Shown here: one piece after another, positions 43,459 to 53,073 of the stretch | How the letters are laid out: every line of letters starts with the position of its first letter | How positions within the stretch are numbered: the stretch's first letter is position 1 | Assembly (NCBI GenBank): GCA_963677435.1 | Contig: OY781945.1 | Coordinates: 1,088,001-1,152,000 of the forward strand | DNA: 64,000 bases | Direction of reading: 5' to 3' | Source: an uncultured Aliarcobacter sp. | Lineage (GTDB): Bacteria; Campylobacterota; Campylobacteria; Campylobacterales; Arcobacteraceae | The notes under the pieces: model-generated | What the model was told of the DNA's origin: nothing | What the model saw: the letters and a program-made list of their open reading frames with translations, nothing else | Database searches by the model: none | Position numbers and translations under genes: made by a program

Positions 43459-43849
43459 TAATAAAATTTTAATTGTAGACGATATTGCTAAAAATATCCA
43501 AATGGCAATGAATATTTTAAAAAATGAAGGTTACAAAATGTTTTATGCTAAAAGTGCAGAGATGGCACTTAAATTAGTAAAAGAGCATGATTTTGATTTG
43601 ATATTGTTGGATATAATGATGCCCGATATAAATGGTTTTGAAGTTTGTAAGAGATTAAAGAATAATGATAAAACAAAAAAAATCCCAATAATATTTTTAT
43701 CTGGTAAAGATTCTACCCACGATATTGAACAAGCTTATGAGAGTGGAGGAATAGACTATGTTCTAAAACCTTTTATTACAATAGAATTAATCACTAAGGT
43801 AAACTCATATATAAGATTAAAACAATTGGAAGATAAATTTAAAAATTAA
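43448..43849 (+). CDS. Single-domain response regulator
   Basis: ILIVDD, LILLDIMMP and DYVLKPF motifs. Confidence 0.92.
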   Translation: MEDNNKILIVDDIAKNIQMAMNILKNEGYKMFYAKSAEMALKLVKEHDFDLILLDIMMPDINGFEVCKRLKNNDKTKKIPIIFLSGKDSTHDIEQAYESGGIDYVLKPFITIELITKVNSYIRLKQLEDKFKN

Positions 43850-43858
43850 AGGTTTAAA

Positions 43859-45001
43859 ATGCATAAAAAATATGAAAATAAAATTTTACTAGTTGATGAT
43901 GATTCAAAGAATCTTCAAATTGCTATGAATATTTTAAAAGATTATAATGTAATTTATGCACAAAGTGGAGATAAAGCATTAGAGTTATTGCAAAAGAATA
44001 AATTTGATTTAATTTTACTAGATGTAGTTATGCCTATAATGGATGGGTATTATGTTTGTTCAAAGATTAAAGAAAATGAAAAAACAAAAAAAATTCCTAT
44101 AATTTTTTTAACAGTTAAAGATGATGAAAAAGATATAGTAAAAGGTTTTGAATTAGGTGCAGTTGATTATATTACAAAACCTTTTTATAGTGAAGTTTTA
44201 CTAAAAAGGGTTGAAGTTCATTTAAAACTTGCAACTGTAATGAATGAACTTGAACTTGTAAATAAAAATTTGAATCTACTTGTAAAAGAACAAGTTGGAG
44301 AGATAAGACAAAAAGATGAGATAATTGTAAGACAATCAAAGATTGGAGCAATGGCTTCAATTATAGATGTTATAACTTTGCAATGGAAACAACCACTTGA
44401 TAAAATAAAATTATATTTACAATCTTTGGATTTGAAATTTACAAATATTGATGAGTTTAAATCTGATGAAATATTTAAAAAAACATTGGAAGAAGTAAAT
44501 AAGTTAGATATAGTTATGGATGATTTTCATAAATTTTTTAATAATAAAAAAAGTAAAGAAAATGTAAATATAAAAGTTTCTTTAGATAGTGTTCTTTTTT
44601 CTTTAAAAGAGGAAATGAATAAACAAAATATAAATATAAATATTGAGGGTAACAATTTATTATCTTTAAATATTGTGATTGATGAAATAAAACATATTTT
44701 TAGTAAATTAATATCTAAATCAATAGAAAATTTTAAATTGAATAATTTGGTACAAAATAAACAAATAAGTATTAGTTTTGAAGATTCAAATCAGTCAATT
44801 TTTATTATTTATAAAGATAATGCAGATTCTTATGATGATGAGCAAATAGGGAAGTTCTTTTTAACACCATGTTCTTTAAAACATAATAATTTTGATTTAG
44901 GGTTTTATTTAGTTAAAGTGTTCGTTGAAAAAAATTTTGGATTATTAAGTGTTGAAAAAACTCAAGATGGAATAAAATATACAATAAGATTTGATAAATA
45001 A
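43859..45001 (+). CDS. Receiver domain fused to a degenerate histidine kinase core
   Basis: Intact REC (LLDVVMP, KPF). H-box reads ITLQWKQPL with no His; N and G boxes eroded. Confidence 0.8.
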   Translation: MHKKYENKILLVDDDSKNLQIAMNILKDYNVIYAQSGDKALELLQKNKFDLILLDVVMPIMDGYYVCSKIKENEKTKKIPIIFLTVKDDEKDIVKGFELGAVDYITKPFYSEVLLKRVEVHLKLATVMNELELVNKNLNLLVKEQVGEIRQKDEIIVRQSKIGAMASIIDVITLQWKQPLDKIKLYLQSLDLKFTNIDEFKSDEIFKKTLEEVNKLDIVMDDFHKFFNNKKSKENVNIKVSLDSVLFSLKEEMNKQNININIEGNNLLSLNIVIDEIKHIFSKLISKSIENFKLNNLVQNKQISISFEDSNQSIFIIYKDNADSYDDEQIGKFFLTPCSLKHNNFDLGFYLVKVFVEKNFGLLSVEKTQDGIKYTIRFDK

Positions 45002-45015
45002 AAGGAGAATATATA

Positions 45016-45378
45016 ATGAAATATAATGAATTAAATGATGAAGAAAAATATGTAATAGAAAATAAAGGAACGGAGTATCCTTTTACTGGAATTTATAATG
45101 ATTTTTATGAAGAGGGAATTTTTACATGTAAAAAATGTGATGCGCCACTTTATAAATCAGATGATAAATTTAAATCAGGTTGCGGTTGGCCAAGTTTTGA
45201 TGATGAGATAGAAGGTGCTGTAAAAAGAGTTCCAGATAGAGATGGAAGAAGAGTTGAAATTGTTTGTGCTTCTTGCGGCGGACATCTCGGACATGTTTTT
45301 GAAGGTGAAAGATTAACTTCAAAAGATACAAGACACTGTGTGAATTCAATTTCATTAAACTTTAAAGCAAAAGCATGA
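45016..45378 (+). CDS. msrB: Peptide-methionine (R)-S-oxide reductase
   Basis: GTE, GCGWPSF, HLGHVF, RHCVNS motifs and two CxxC. Confidence 0.96.
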   Translation: MKYNELNDEEKYVIENKGTEYPFTGIYNDFYEEGIFTCKKCDAPLYKSDDKFKSGCGWPSFDDEIEGAVKRVPDRDGRRVEIVCASCGGHLGHVFEGERLTSKDTRHCVNSISLNFKAKA

Positions 45379-46112
45379 TTATTCCTCAAATAAATATTGC
45401 AATGCTTATAGATTGCGATAATGTAAGTGCAAAATATATTGATAGTATTATAAATGATTTATCAAAATATGGAACTATAAATATTAGAAATGCCTATGGA
45501 AACTGGAAAGATAAAAGACTTCAAGGCTGGGAAGATGTTTTACATAAATATAATATAAAACCAATTCAACAGTTTGCCTATACAAAAGGCAAAAATGCTA
45601 GTGATATTGCAATGGTTATAGATATTATGGATTTACTTTATACGAAAGATTTAGGTGCTTTAGCTCTTATTACAAGTGATAGTGATTTTACACCTGTAGT
45701 TTCAAGAATATTATCAAATGGAATTACAGTTTATGGATATGGAGAAGAAAAAACTCCTGAATCTTTTGTAAATGCTTGTTCTCAGTTTATTTATGTTGAA
45801 AAACTTTTTGATTACACAAAAGAAGATGTAGCCTGTGCTAGTTCAAATAATAGTAAACTAACAAAAGTACAACTAAGAAAAGATACTAAACTTGTGGCAC
45901 TTTTAAGAAAAGCAGCTGAACAAACATCAGATGATAGTGGTTGGTCAAATATTGCAGCAGTTGGTTTATATATTAATCAAAATTCATCTTTTTCTCCAAT
46001 CAATTATGGATACAAAAAATTGGGTGAATTAATAAAAGCCACTGAATTATTTGATATTAAAATATTAGGTGAAAATAAAACAGTAATGTTAATAAAAGAT
46101 AACAGGAATTAA
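45375..46112 (+). CDS. NYN-domain (LabA/DUF88) protein with C-terminal OST-HTH/LOTUS domain
   Basis: IDCDN, GKNASD, TSDSDF motifs; C-terminal GWSNI...FSPINYGYKKL. Confidence 0.88.
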   Translation: MIIPQINIAMLIDCDNVSAKYIDSIINDLSKYGTINIRNAYGNWKDKRLQGWEDVLHKYNIKPIQQFAYTKGKNASDIAMVIDIMDLLYTKDLGALALITSDSDFTPVVSRILSNGITVYGYGEEKTPESFVNACSQFIYVEKLFDYTKEDVACASSNNSKLTKVQLRKDTKLVALLRKAAEQTSDDSGWSNIAAVGLYINQNSSFSPINYGYKKLGELIKATELFDIKILGENKTVMLIKDNRN

Positions 46113-46113
46113 A

Positions 46114-46170
46114 ATGCAAAATCAAAATATAAAAAAAGCATATTTCGCAGCGGGTTGTTTTTTAATGTGA
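46114..46170 (+). pseudogene. msrA: Orphaned original 5' end of msrA
   Basis: ATG one base after the NYN stop, reading MQNQNIKKAYFAAGCF then LM-stop. Confidence 0.85.
46135..46162 (+). repeat. Left att direct repeat of the msrA island
   Basis: AAAGCATATTTCGCAGCGGGTTGTTTTT, identical to 52600-52627. Confidence 0.92.
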
Positions 46171-46826
46171 CCTTTCTATTAAGCATTATAAGCCTATTTA
46201 AGAGTTTATATAAACTTTCTTTTTCTATTAAATTATTCTTTCTAATTTAATAAATTAGGCTTAAGACTGGAAAATCTTAAGAGTTATTGTTTTTAGAACA
46301 GAGAATTCTTGGTATTTTGGGAAATGAAACAATAAATAATACATTAAAAATAATAAAGATATTTTCTTTAAAAAATTAATTGGTAGTTATGCTTGCCATA
46401 AATCAATACTTCAAGAAAATCTATTTAGTATAACAAAGTATATAAATAATAATTTAGATATATATATTTTAATAATAAAATATTATTTATAAGAAATTCT
46501 AGCTAAAGTAAAATTATAAAAATATTCACTTCTCAAAAGATAAGTATAATGATATAAGAGAAAGTATAAAAGATTCTATCAAAATTTACAAATTTATAAA
46601 TTCTCTTTATATATATCAAAAAGCCATTTCATATCTAAATATATAAAATTATTTATAGTAAAATATGATGAATAATTAGAAAAAAAGAAATGTAAATTTA
46701 TTATTTTATACTACTTAATTAAGCTATATAATAATAAAATTCGACTTAAAAACAATATTTAACAATAAACATTTTAATAAAAAAATATTAATTAAGTGTT
46801 CCAAAATTAAACATAAGGAAAAATAT

Positions 46827-48293
46827 TTGATCTTCAATTCTTACGAATTCATCTTCGCATTTCTACCAATAACCTTTTTTATATACTTTTATCTTAATCA
46901 TAAAAGATTAACTGTAGCCTCAAAAGGGTTTTTAGTGTTTAGTTCACTATTTTTCTACTCTTGGTGGAATATAGCTTATTTACCTTTGATTTTAATAAGT
47001 ATACTTTTTAACTATCTAATAGGTAATAGTTTAAATAAAGAAATTAAAACTAACAAAAAATCTTTTTCAAAAAAATCTATTCTAATATTTGGTATTGTTT
47101 GTAATATAGGATTACTTGGATACTTTAAATATGCAGATTTTTTTATAGAAAATTTTAATTTGGCAATAGGTACAAATGTAAATCTTTTACATTTACTTTT
47201 GCCCTTAGCAATATCTTTCTTTACTTTCCAACAAGTAGCATATCTAGTTGATAGTTATAGACAAGAAACAAAAGAGTATGATTTTCTAAATTATGCACTG
47301 TTCGTAACATTTTTTCCTCAATTAATAGCAGGACCAATTGTTCATCATAAAGAGATGATGCCACAATTTGCTAATAATAGAAATATGGTAAAAAATTATA
47401 GAAATATAGCGTTAGGACTTTTCATATTTTCTATTGGATTATTTAAAAAAGTTGTAATTGCAGATACATTTGCAGTTTGGGCAAATGCAGGATTTGATAC
47501 AGCAATAACATTAAATCTATTTGAAGCTTGGACAACATCATTATCTTATACATTTCAACTATATTTTGATTTTTCAGGTTATACAGATATGGCAATAGGA
47601 ATTGCACTTTTATTTAATATAAAACTTCCTATTAACTTTAATTCTCCATATAAAGCTTTAAATATACAAGATTTTTGGAGAAGATGGCATATTACTCTTT
47701 CACGATTTTTAAGAGATTATATTTATATCCCATTAGGTGGAAATAAAAAGTCTTCTTTTAGAACATACTTAAATCTTCTTGCTACTTTTATAATAGGTGG
47801 GTTTTGGCATGGAGCAGGATGGACATTTTTATTCTGGGGATTTCTTCATGGAATTGCTTTGATTATTTATAGACTTTGGTCAAATTTTGGATTTAAAATG
47901 TGGACTTGGTTAGCTTGGTTGATTACTTTTAACTTTGTAAATATCGCATGGATATTTTTTAGAGCAAAAGAGTGGGATGACGCAATTAAGGTTTTAGGTT
48001 CGATGTTTAATTTAGATAATGTTGTCTTGCCAAATGTATTAGCTTCAAAACTTTCATTTTTAAGCAATTATAATATTGGATTTGGTGGATTGGTAGAAAA
48101 TATACAAGGAAATAACTTTACCCCTATTTGGTTGATTTTTGGATTCATTTTAATTTTATTATTCAAAAACTTGATGGAAAAATGGGAAGAATTTAAAATA
48201 AATTATAAAACATTAATCTTAACTTTTATCTGTTTAACAGCTGGACTTTTATCATTAAATAAAGTATCAGAATTTTTATATTTTAATTTTTAA
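46827..48293 (+). CDS. MBOAT family O-acyltransferase (AlgI/DltB/PatA-like)
   Basis: LPLAISFFTFQ, FFPQLIAGPI, YFDFSGY, FWRRWHITLS, GGFWHGAG (catalytic His), C-terminal EFLYFNF. Confidence 0.93.
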   Translation: MIFNSYEFIFAFLPITFFIYFYLNHKRLTVASKGFLVFSSLFFYSWWNIAYLPLILISILFNYLIGNSLNKEIKTNKKSFSKKSILIFGIVCNIGLLGYFKYADFFIENFNLAIGTNVNLLHLLLPLAISFFTFQQVAYLVDSYRQETKEYDFLNYALFVTFFPQLIAGPIVHHKEMMPQFANNRNMVKNYRNIALGLFIFSIGLFKKVVIADTFAVWANAGFDTAITLNLFEAWTTSLSYTFQLYFDFSGYTDMAIGIALLFNIKLPINFNSPYKALNIQDFWRRWHITLSRFLRDYIYIPLGGNKKSSFRTYLNLLATFIIGGFWHGAGWTFLFWGFLHGIALIIYRLWSNFGFKMWTWLAWLITFNFVNIAWIFFRAKEWDDAIKVLGSMFNLDNVVLPNVLASKLSFLSNYNIGFGGLVENIQGNNFTPIWLIFGFILILLFKNLMEKWEEFKINYKTLILTFICLTAGLLSLNKVSEFLYFNF

Positions 48294-48302
48294 GGATAAT
48301 TT

Positions 48303-49373
48303 GTGAATAGTAAAAAATGGATTAAAATATTATTGACACTTTGTACTTTAGCTGTTGGATTTGTTGGTGGGGTTAATTATTTGGTTGATCCATTTGATAT
48401 TTTTCATACAAAAATTTTAAAAGAACAATTTCAAATAAATGAAAGATTCATAAAAATTGAATTTTTAGAGAAGAATCATAAGAAATTTGATTCATATATG
48501 TTTGGCTCTTGTCGTATTGGAACTACTCCACCAAATGTATTAAATCAGTATGTAAATGATGCAAATTTTTATAATTTTACAATTTCAAGTGCTAATTTAT
48601 ATGATTATTTACTTCATTTACAATATTTCATAAAAAAAGAATATCCTTTAAAAAATTTGTATTTAGAAATAGATATTGACAATATGAATAATTATGGAAG
48701 AAGTGAAAGTGATTATTTAAGAAAATTTCATCCTTATGTTCTAAATCAATCTTTATATAGTTATTATATCTCTTATTTAACTGGATTTTTTCCATTTAAT
48801 ATAAGAGGGAAGATTGAATTAAATATTAAAAGAGATGATATAACTACATATTCTCTTGAAACTGGTATTTGGGGTAAACCAATAAAAGAAAAAAAGATAC
48901 AAGAGAACCCCTTGAAATTTATAAGTGAAGAACCAAGCTTTCATATTAAGAATGCTAGGTTAATAAAAAATAGTTCAAAATTACAGAATTTAAAAGCATT
49001 AAGTGAAATAGTTAATTTATCTAAAAAAAATAATATAAATTTAATAGTTTTTACAACTCCTTATAATAAAAATATGATGGATAATTTTATTTTAAATGAT
49101 TATTTTGACTTCTTAAAAGAGATTTCAACTGTTATTAATTTTTATGATTTTACAGGATATAATTCTATTACATTAAACAATACTAATTATTATGAACCAA
49201 GTCATTATAGAGAAAATGTTGGAAGATTAATAGCAGCTAAAATTTTCAATGATAAATCAATAGATGTTCCAAAAGATTTTGGTGTGCTAGTTACAAAAGA
49301 TAATATAAATGAACATTTAGAAAATCTTAGAAAACAAGTTAATGATTATGAATTAGAGAAAAATGTAAAATAA
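48303..49373 (+). CDS. MBOAT partner protein, SGNH/DltD-like, copy 1
   Basis: N-terminal anchor then NYLVDP; FGSCR motif; C-terminal YYEPSHY; directly downstream of the MBOAT gene. Confidence 0.6.
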   Translation: MNSKKWIKILLTLCTLAVGFVGGVNYLVDPFDIFHTKILKEQFQINERFIKIEFLEKNHKKFDSYMFGSCRIGTTPPNVLNQYVNDANFYNFTISSANLYDYLLHLQYFIKKEYPLKNLYLEIDIDNMNNYGRSESDYLRKFHPYVLNQSLYSYYISYLTGFFPFNIRGKIELNIKRDDITTYSLETGIWGKPIKEKKIQENPLKFISEEPSFHIKNARLIKNSSKLQNLKALSEIVNLSKKNNINLIVFTTPYNKNMMDNFILNDYFDFLKEISTVINFYDFTGYNSITLNNTNYYEPSHYRENVGRLIAAKIFNDKSIDVPKDFGVLVTKDNINEHLENLRKQVNDYELEKNVK

Positions 49374-49540
49374 TAAATATTTAATTTAAGTTTGTTTTAC
49401 ACTTGCAATTTTATTAGTAGAACTGTAAGTGCTCAAAACATAATATAAAATTCTTTTTTCAGAACGATGATGTACTCATTTTGAAATTTAATAAGAATAT
49501 ATTAATTGAGTGTTCCATAATTAAACATAAGGAAAAATAT

Positions 49541-50038
49541 TTGTTCTTCAATTTCTATGAATTCATCTTCGCATTTCTACCAATAACCTTTTTTATATAC
49601 TTTTATCTTAATTATAAAAGATTAACTGTAGCCTCAAAAGGGTTTTTAGTGTTTAGTTCACTATTTTTCTACTCTTGGTGGAATATTGCTTATTTACCTA
49701 TTAACTTTAATAGTCCATATAAAGCTTTAAATATAAAAGATTTCTGGAGAAGATGTCATATTACACTTTCAAGATTTTTTAAAGAGTATATCTATATTTC
49801 ATTAGGTGGAAATAAAAAGTCTTCTTTTAGAACTTACTCAAATCTTGGATTTAAAATGTGGACTTGGTTATCTTGGTTGATTTTTGGATTCATTTTAATT
49901 TTATTATTCAAAAACTTGATGGAAAAATGGGAAGAATTTAAAATAAATTATAAAACATTAATCTTAACTTTTATCTGTTTAACAGCTGGACTTTTATCAT
50001 TAAATAAAGTATCAGAATTTTTATATTTTAATTTTTAA
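49541..50038 (+). pseudogene. Internally deleted second copy of the MBOAT gene (165 aa)
   Basis: Near-identical to 46827-48293 except for three in-frame deletions (645, 111, 213 nt); the catalytic WHG is lost. Confidence 0.9.
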
Positions 50039-50047
50039 GGATAATTT

Positions 50048-51118
50048 GTGAATAGTAAAAAATGGATTAAAATATTATTGACACTTTGTACTTTAGCTGT
50101 TGGATTTGTTGGTGGGGTTAATTATTTGGTTGATCCATTTGATATTTTTCATACAAAAATTTTAAAAGAACAATTTCTAATGAATGAAAGATTTATTAAA
50201 ATTGAATTTTTAGAGAAGAATCATAACAAATTTGATTCATATATGTTTGGCTCATCTTGTATTGGAACTACTCCACCAGATGTATTAAATCAGTATGTAA
50301 ATGATGCTAATTTTTATAATTTTACAATTGCAAGTGCTAATTTATATGATTATTTACTTCATTTACAATATTTCATAAAAAAAGAATATCCCTTAAAAAA
50401 TTTGTATTTGCAAATAGATATTAACAATATGAATAATTATGGAAGAAGTGAAAGTGATTATTTAAGAAAATTTCATCCTTATGTTTTAGATCAATCTTTA
50501 TATAGTTATTATATTTCTTATTTAACTGGATTTTTTCCATTTTATATAAGAGGAAAAATTGAATCAAATATTAAAAGAGATGATATAACTACATATTCTC
50601 TTGAAACTGGTAGTTGGAGTAAACCAATAAAAGAAAAAAAGATACAAGAGAACCCCTTGAAATTTATAAGTGAAGAATCAAGCTTTCATATTAAAAATGC
50701 TAGGTTAATAAAAAATAGTTCAAAATTAAAGAATTTAAAAGCATTAAGTGAAATAGTTAATTTATCTAAAAAAAACAATATAAATTTAATAGTTTTTACA
50801 ACTCCTTATAATAAGAATATGATGGATAATTTTATTTTAAATGACTATTTTGACTTCTTAAAAGAGATTTCAACTGTTATTAATTTTTATGATTTTACAG
50901 GATATAATTCTATTACATTAAACAATACTAATTATTATGAACAAAGTCATTATAGAGAAAATGTTGGAAGATTAATAGCAGCTAAAATTTTCAATGATAA
51001 ATCAATAGATGTTCCAAAAGATTTTGGTGTGCTAGTTACAAAAGATAATATAAATGAACATTTAGAAAATCTTAGAAAACAAGTAAATGATTACGAATTA
51101 GAGAAAAATCTAAAATAA
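50048..51118 (+). CDS. MBOAT partner protein, SGNH/DltD-like, copy 2
   Basis: Same length (356 aa) as and near-identical to copy 1; motifs read FGSSC and YYEQSHY. Confidence 0.6.
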   Translation: MNSKKWIKILLTLCTLAVGFVGGVNYLVDPFDIFHTKILKEQFLMNERFIKIEFLEKNHNKFDSYMFGSSCIGTTPPDVLNQYVNDANFYNFTIASANLYDYLLHLQYFIKKEYPLKNLYLQIDINNMNNYGRSESDYLRKFHPYVLDQSLYSYYISYLTGFFPFYIRGKIESNIKRDDITTYSLETGSWSKPIKEKKIQENPLKFISEESSFHIKNARLIKNSSKLKNLKALSEIVNLSKKNNINLIVFTTPYNKNMMDNFILNDYFDFLKEISTVINFYDFTGYNSITLNNTNYYEQSHYRENVGRLIAAKIFNDKSIDVPKDFGVLVTKDNINEHLENLRKQVNDYELEKNLK

Positions 51119-51243
51119 TAAATATTTAATTTAAGTTTGTTTTTTACTTTTAGAACGATGATATATTAAAAATAAATCAATTGTTAATTATCTCTATGAA
51201 AATCATAGAGTAAAAGTTTTATAAACAAAATGGACTATAAAAT

Positions 51244-51552
51244 ATGGTAAATTTAAAATGTGGAAATTTTGAAAGACAAATTGAAGACTCATTTCACCGT
51301 TTTAAATCATTAGGTGTTAGAATAGTTGGAAATAATGATAATTTAACACATAGTGATAAATTATCTGAAAAAATAGAAATGTATTTAAAATATGATATTA
51401 GCTCTTATGACTTCGTCTTATTTTTACTCGTGATAAATATGAAAAAAAATTAATTCTGGAATTTCTGAAAAGAAGCAAATCTTCAAATTAGCGAAATTTT
51501 AAATCACAAACGAGAAACTATTACAGATTATTATTTGAACCGAACCACTTAA
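51244..51552 (+). pseudogene. Remnant of a tyrosine recombinase
   Basis: 51472-51552 translates EANLQISEILNHKRETITDYYLNRTT (LxH...Y box II pattern). An eroded HxxR-like stretch (tcttatgacttcgt) lies just upstream; frameshifted. Confidence 0.5.
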
Positions 51553-52321
51553 TAAAAAGAATATAAAATGAATGGATTATTTTTTAAATCTGTGTAATAA
51601 TTAAATTAATAAAGAATGAACAAATTATGGTAACTATAAAAATTTAACAAAAAATGATATGAATGTACTTTTAGAGTTACTAAAAATATCAGATAAAGAC
51701 AATAATATTTTCTTTCATAAGAATGAAAGAAAAATCATCTCTCCATCTTTGGGTATTAGCAGAAATAGCTTATTTAAATAAATAATATCACTGCAAAAAA
51801 AACAAACAATTAATCAATAAAAAAATGATTATTATTATATTTTAAATAAAGTAGTATTTATAAATTCAAGAATCAACTAACTTAATATCAACTTTTATAT
51901 CATTTGAAAAATAAATCTTTTGTTCTATTAAATCAGTATGAACAGCATTTAATATTTTAAAACTATCTGTATCTCCAATACTAGGATGTAATTTTTTATA
52001 AATCTTTTTAGCTTTATTGATTCCTCCTACTTAAATTTAAAGAAGTTAAAAAATTTGGTTCTTTTTCTTTTCAAAAATTTTTCACTTTCGTTAATTCATT
52101 GGGCTTTTTATAGATTGTAATGTTCAGATTTTTATTTAGAGAAAAATACAAATAAGAAGTATGAAGATTTTATTTCGTATCACTAAATCAATCTAATAAA
52201 ATTAAATGAGAAAAAAAGCAGGAAGAAGAACAATAGTATTTAGAGATAAAGAGAAAAATAAAAAACAACTATTAGTAGCAAAAAAAGATTATAAAATCAA
52301 AAAGCAAGAAGAAAATCAAAA

Positions 52322-52438
52322 AAAGTTTTAGATATGGTTTTAGTGTCTCAAAATGAAGGTAAAAAGATAAATTGTTCTGAAATAGGAAGATTATGTAAAT
52401 TAGATAGAAAAATGGTTAAAAAATGTTGTTTAATATAA
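52322..52438 (+). pseudogene. Possible remnant of a C-terminal HTH protein (replicase-like)
   Basis: Reads KVLDMVL...GKKINCSEIGRLCKLDRKMVKK; upstream sequence broken by stops and frameshifts. Confidence 0.25.
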
Positions 52439-52587
52439 ATATATAAGGAGTATTCGACTAAAATACATCAACAAAAGATAAAAATTTTGTGATACTAAGT
52501 GTGATACTGATTAAAGAAAGTCCCCACTTTTTAGGGATATTCATTTTAATTTGGAAGACATCTATCCACGGTAGAAAGGTGAGTTTT

Positions 52588-53073
52588 ATGGGCATTAAGA
52601 AAGCATATTTCGCAGCGGGTTGTTTTTGGGGAGTTGAATATCATTTCGAAAAATTAAATGGAGTGATATCAGCTATTTCTGGTTATATGGGTGGACATAT
52701 TGCTAATCCAGATTATTATATGGTTTGTTCTGGTGCTACTGGACACTTAGAAGTTGTGGAAGTCTCTTATGATGATAGTGTTGTTTGTTTTGAAGAGTTA
52801 GCTAAACTATTTTTTGAAATACATGATTTTACACAAACAAATGGACAAGGTCCAGATATTGGAAGTCAATATTTATCAGCAATATTTTATCTGGATGAAG
52901 AACAAAAAACTATAAGTGAAAAATTGATATTAGAGTTAGAAAACAGAGGTTTTAAAGTAGTTACTTCGTTATATAAATTAGTACCTTTTTATGAAGCGGA
53001 AGATTATCATCAAGATTACTATGAAAGACATCATAAGATGCCTTATTGTCATAGTTATAGAAAAATATTTTAA
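52588..53073 (+). CDS. msrA: Peptide-methionine (S)-S-oxide reductase with island-supplied start
   Basis: AAGCFWGVE, GHLEVV, QGPDIGSQY, AEDYHQDY motifs; ATG at 52588 follows an AAAGGTGA RBS. Confidence 0.95.
   Translation: MGIKKAYFAAGCFWGVEYHFEKLNGVISAISGYMGGHIANPDYYMVCSGATGHLEVVEVSYDDSVVCFEELAKLFFEIHDFTQTNGQGPDIGSQYLSAIFYLDEEQKTISEKLILELENRGFKVVTSLYKLVPFYEAEDYHQDYYERHHKMPYCHSYRKIF
52600..52627 (+). repeat. Right att direct repeat of the msrA island
   Basis: Identical 28-mer to 46135-46162. Confidence 0.92.

Larger units (their letters stand above)
46135..52627. mobile_element. Decayed genomic island (~6.5 kb) integrated in the 5' end of msrA
   Basis: 28-bp flanking direct repeat, AT-rich non-coding tracts, integrase remnant, duplicated cargo. 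Confidence 0.85.

Noticed and set aside
46170..46770. Possible decayed membrane-protein gene in the AT-rich left part of the msrA island
   Set aside because: Only short hydrophobic fragments on the minus strand; cannot be supported without a similarity search.
49481..49540. Upstream TTG start for the second MBOAT copy
   Set aside because: The homologous start and AAGGA RBS of copy 1 map to 49541.
52489..52587. 33-aa N-terminal extension of MsrA in the ORF track
   Set aside because: The GTG lies in the arm-like repeat; the ATG at 52588 has an RBS and matches the length of the native stub.
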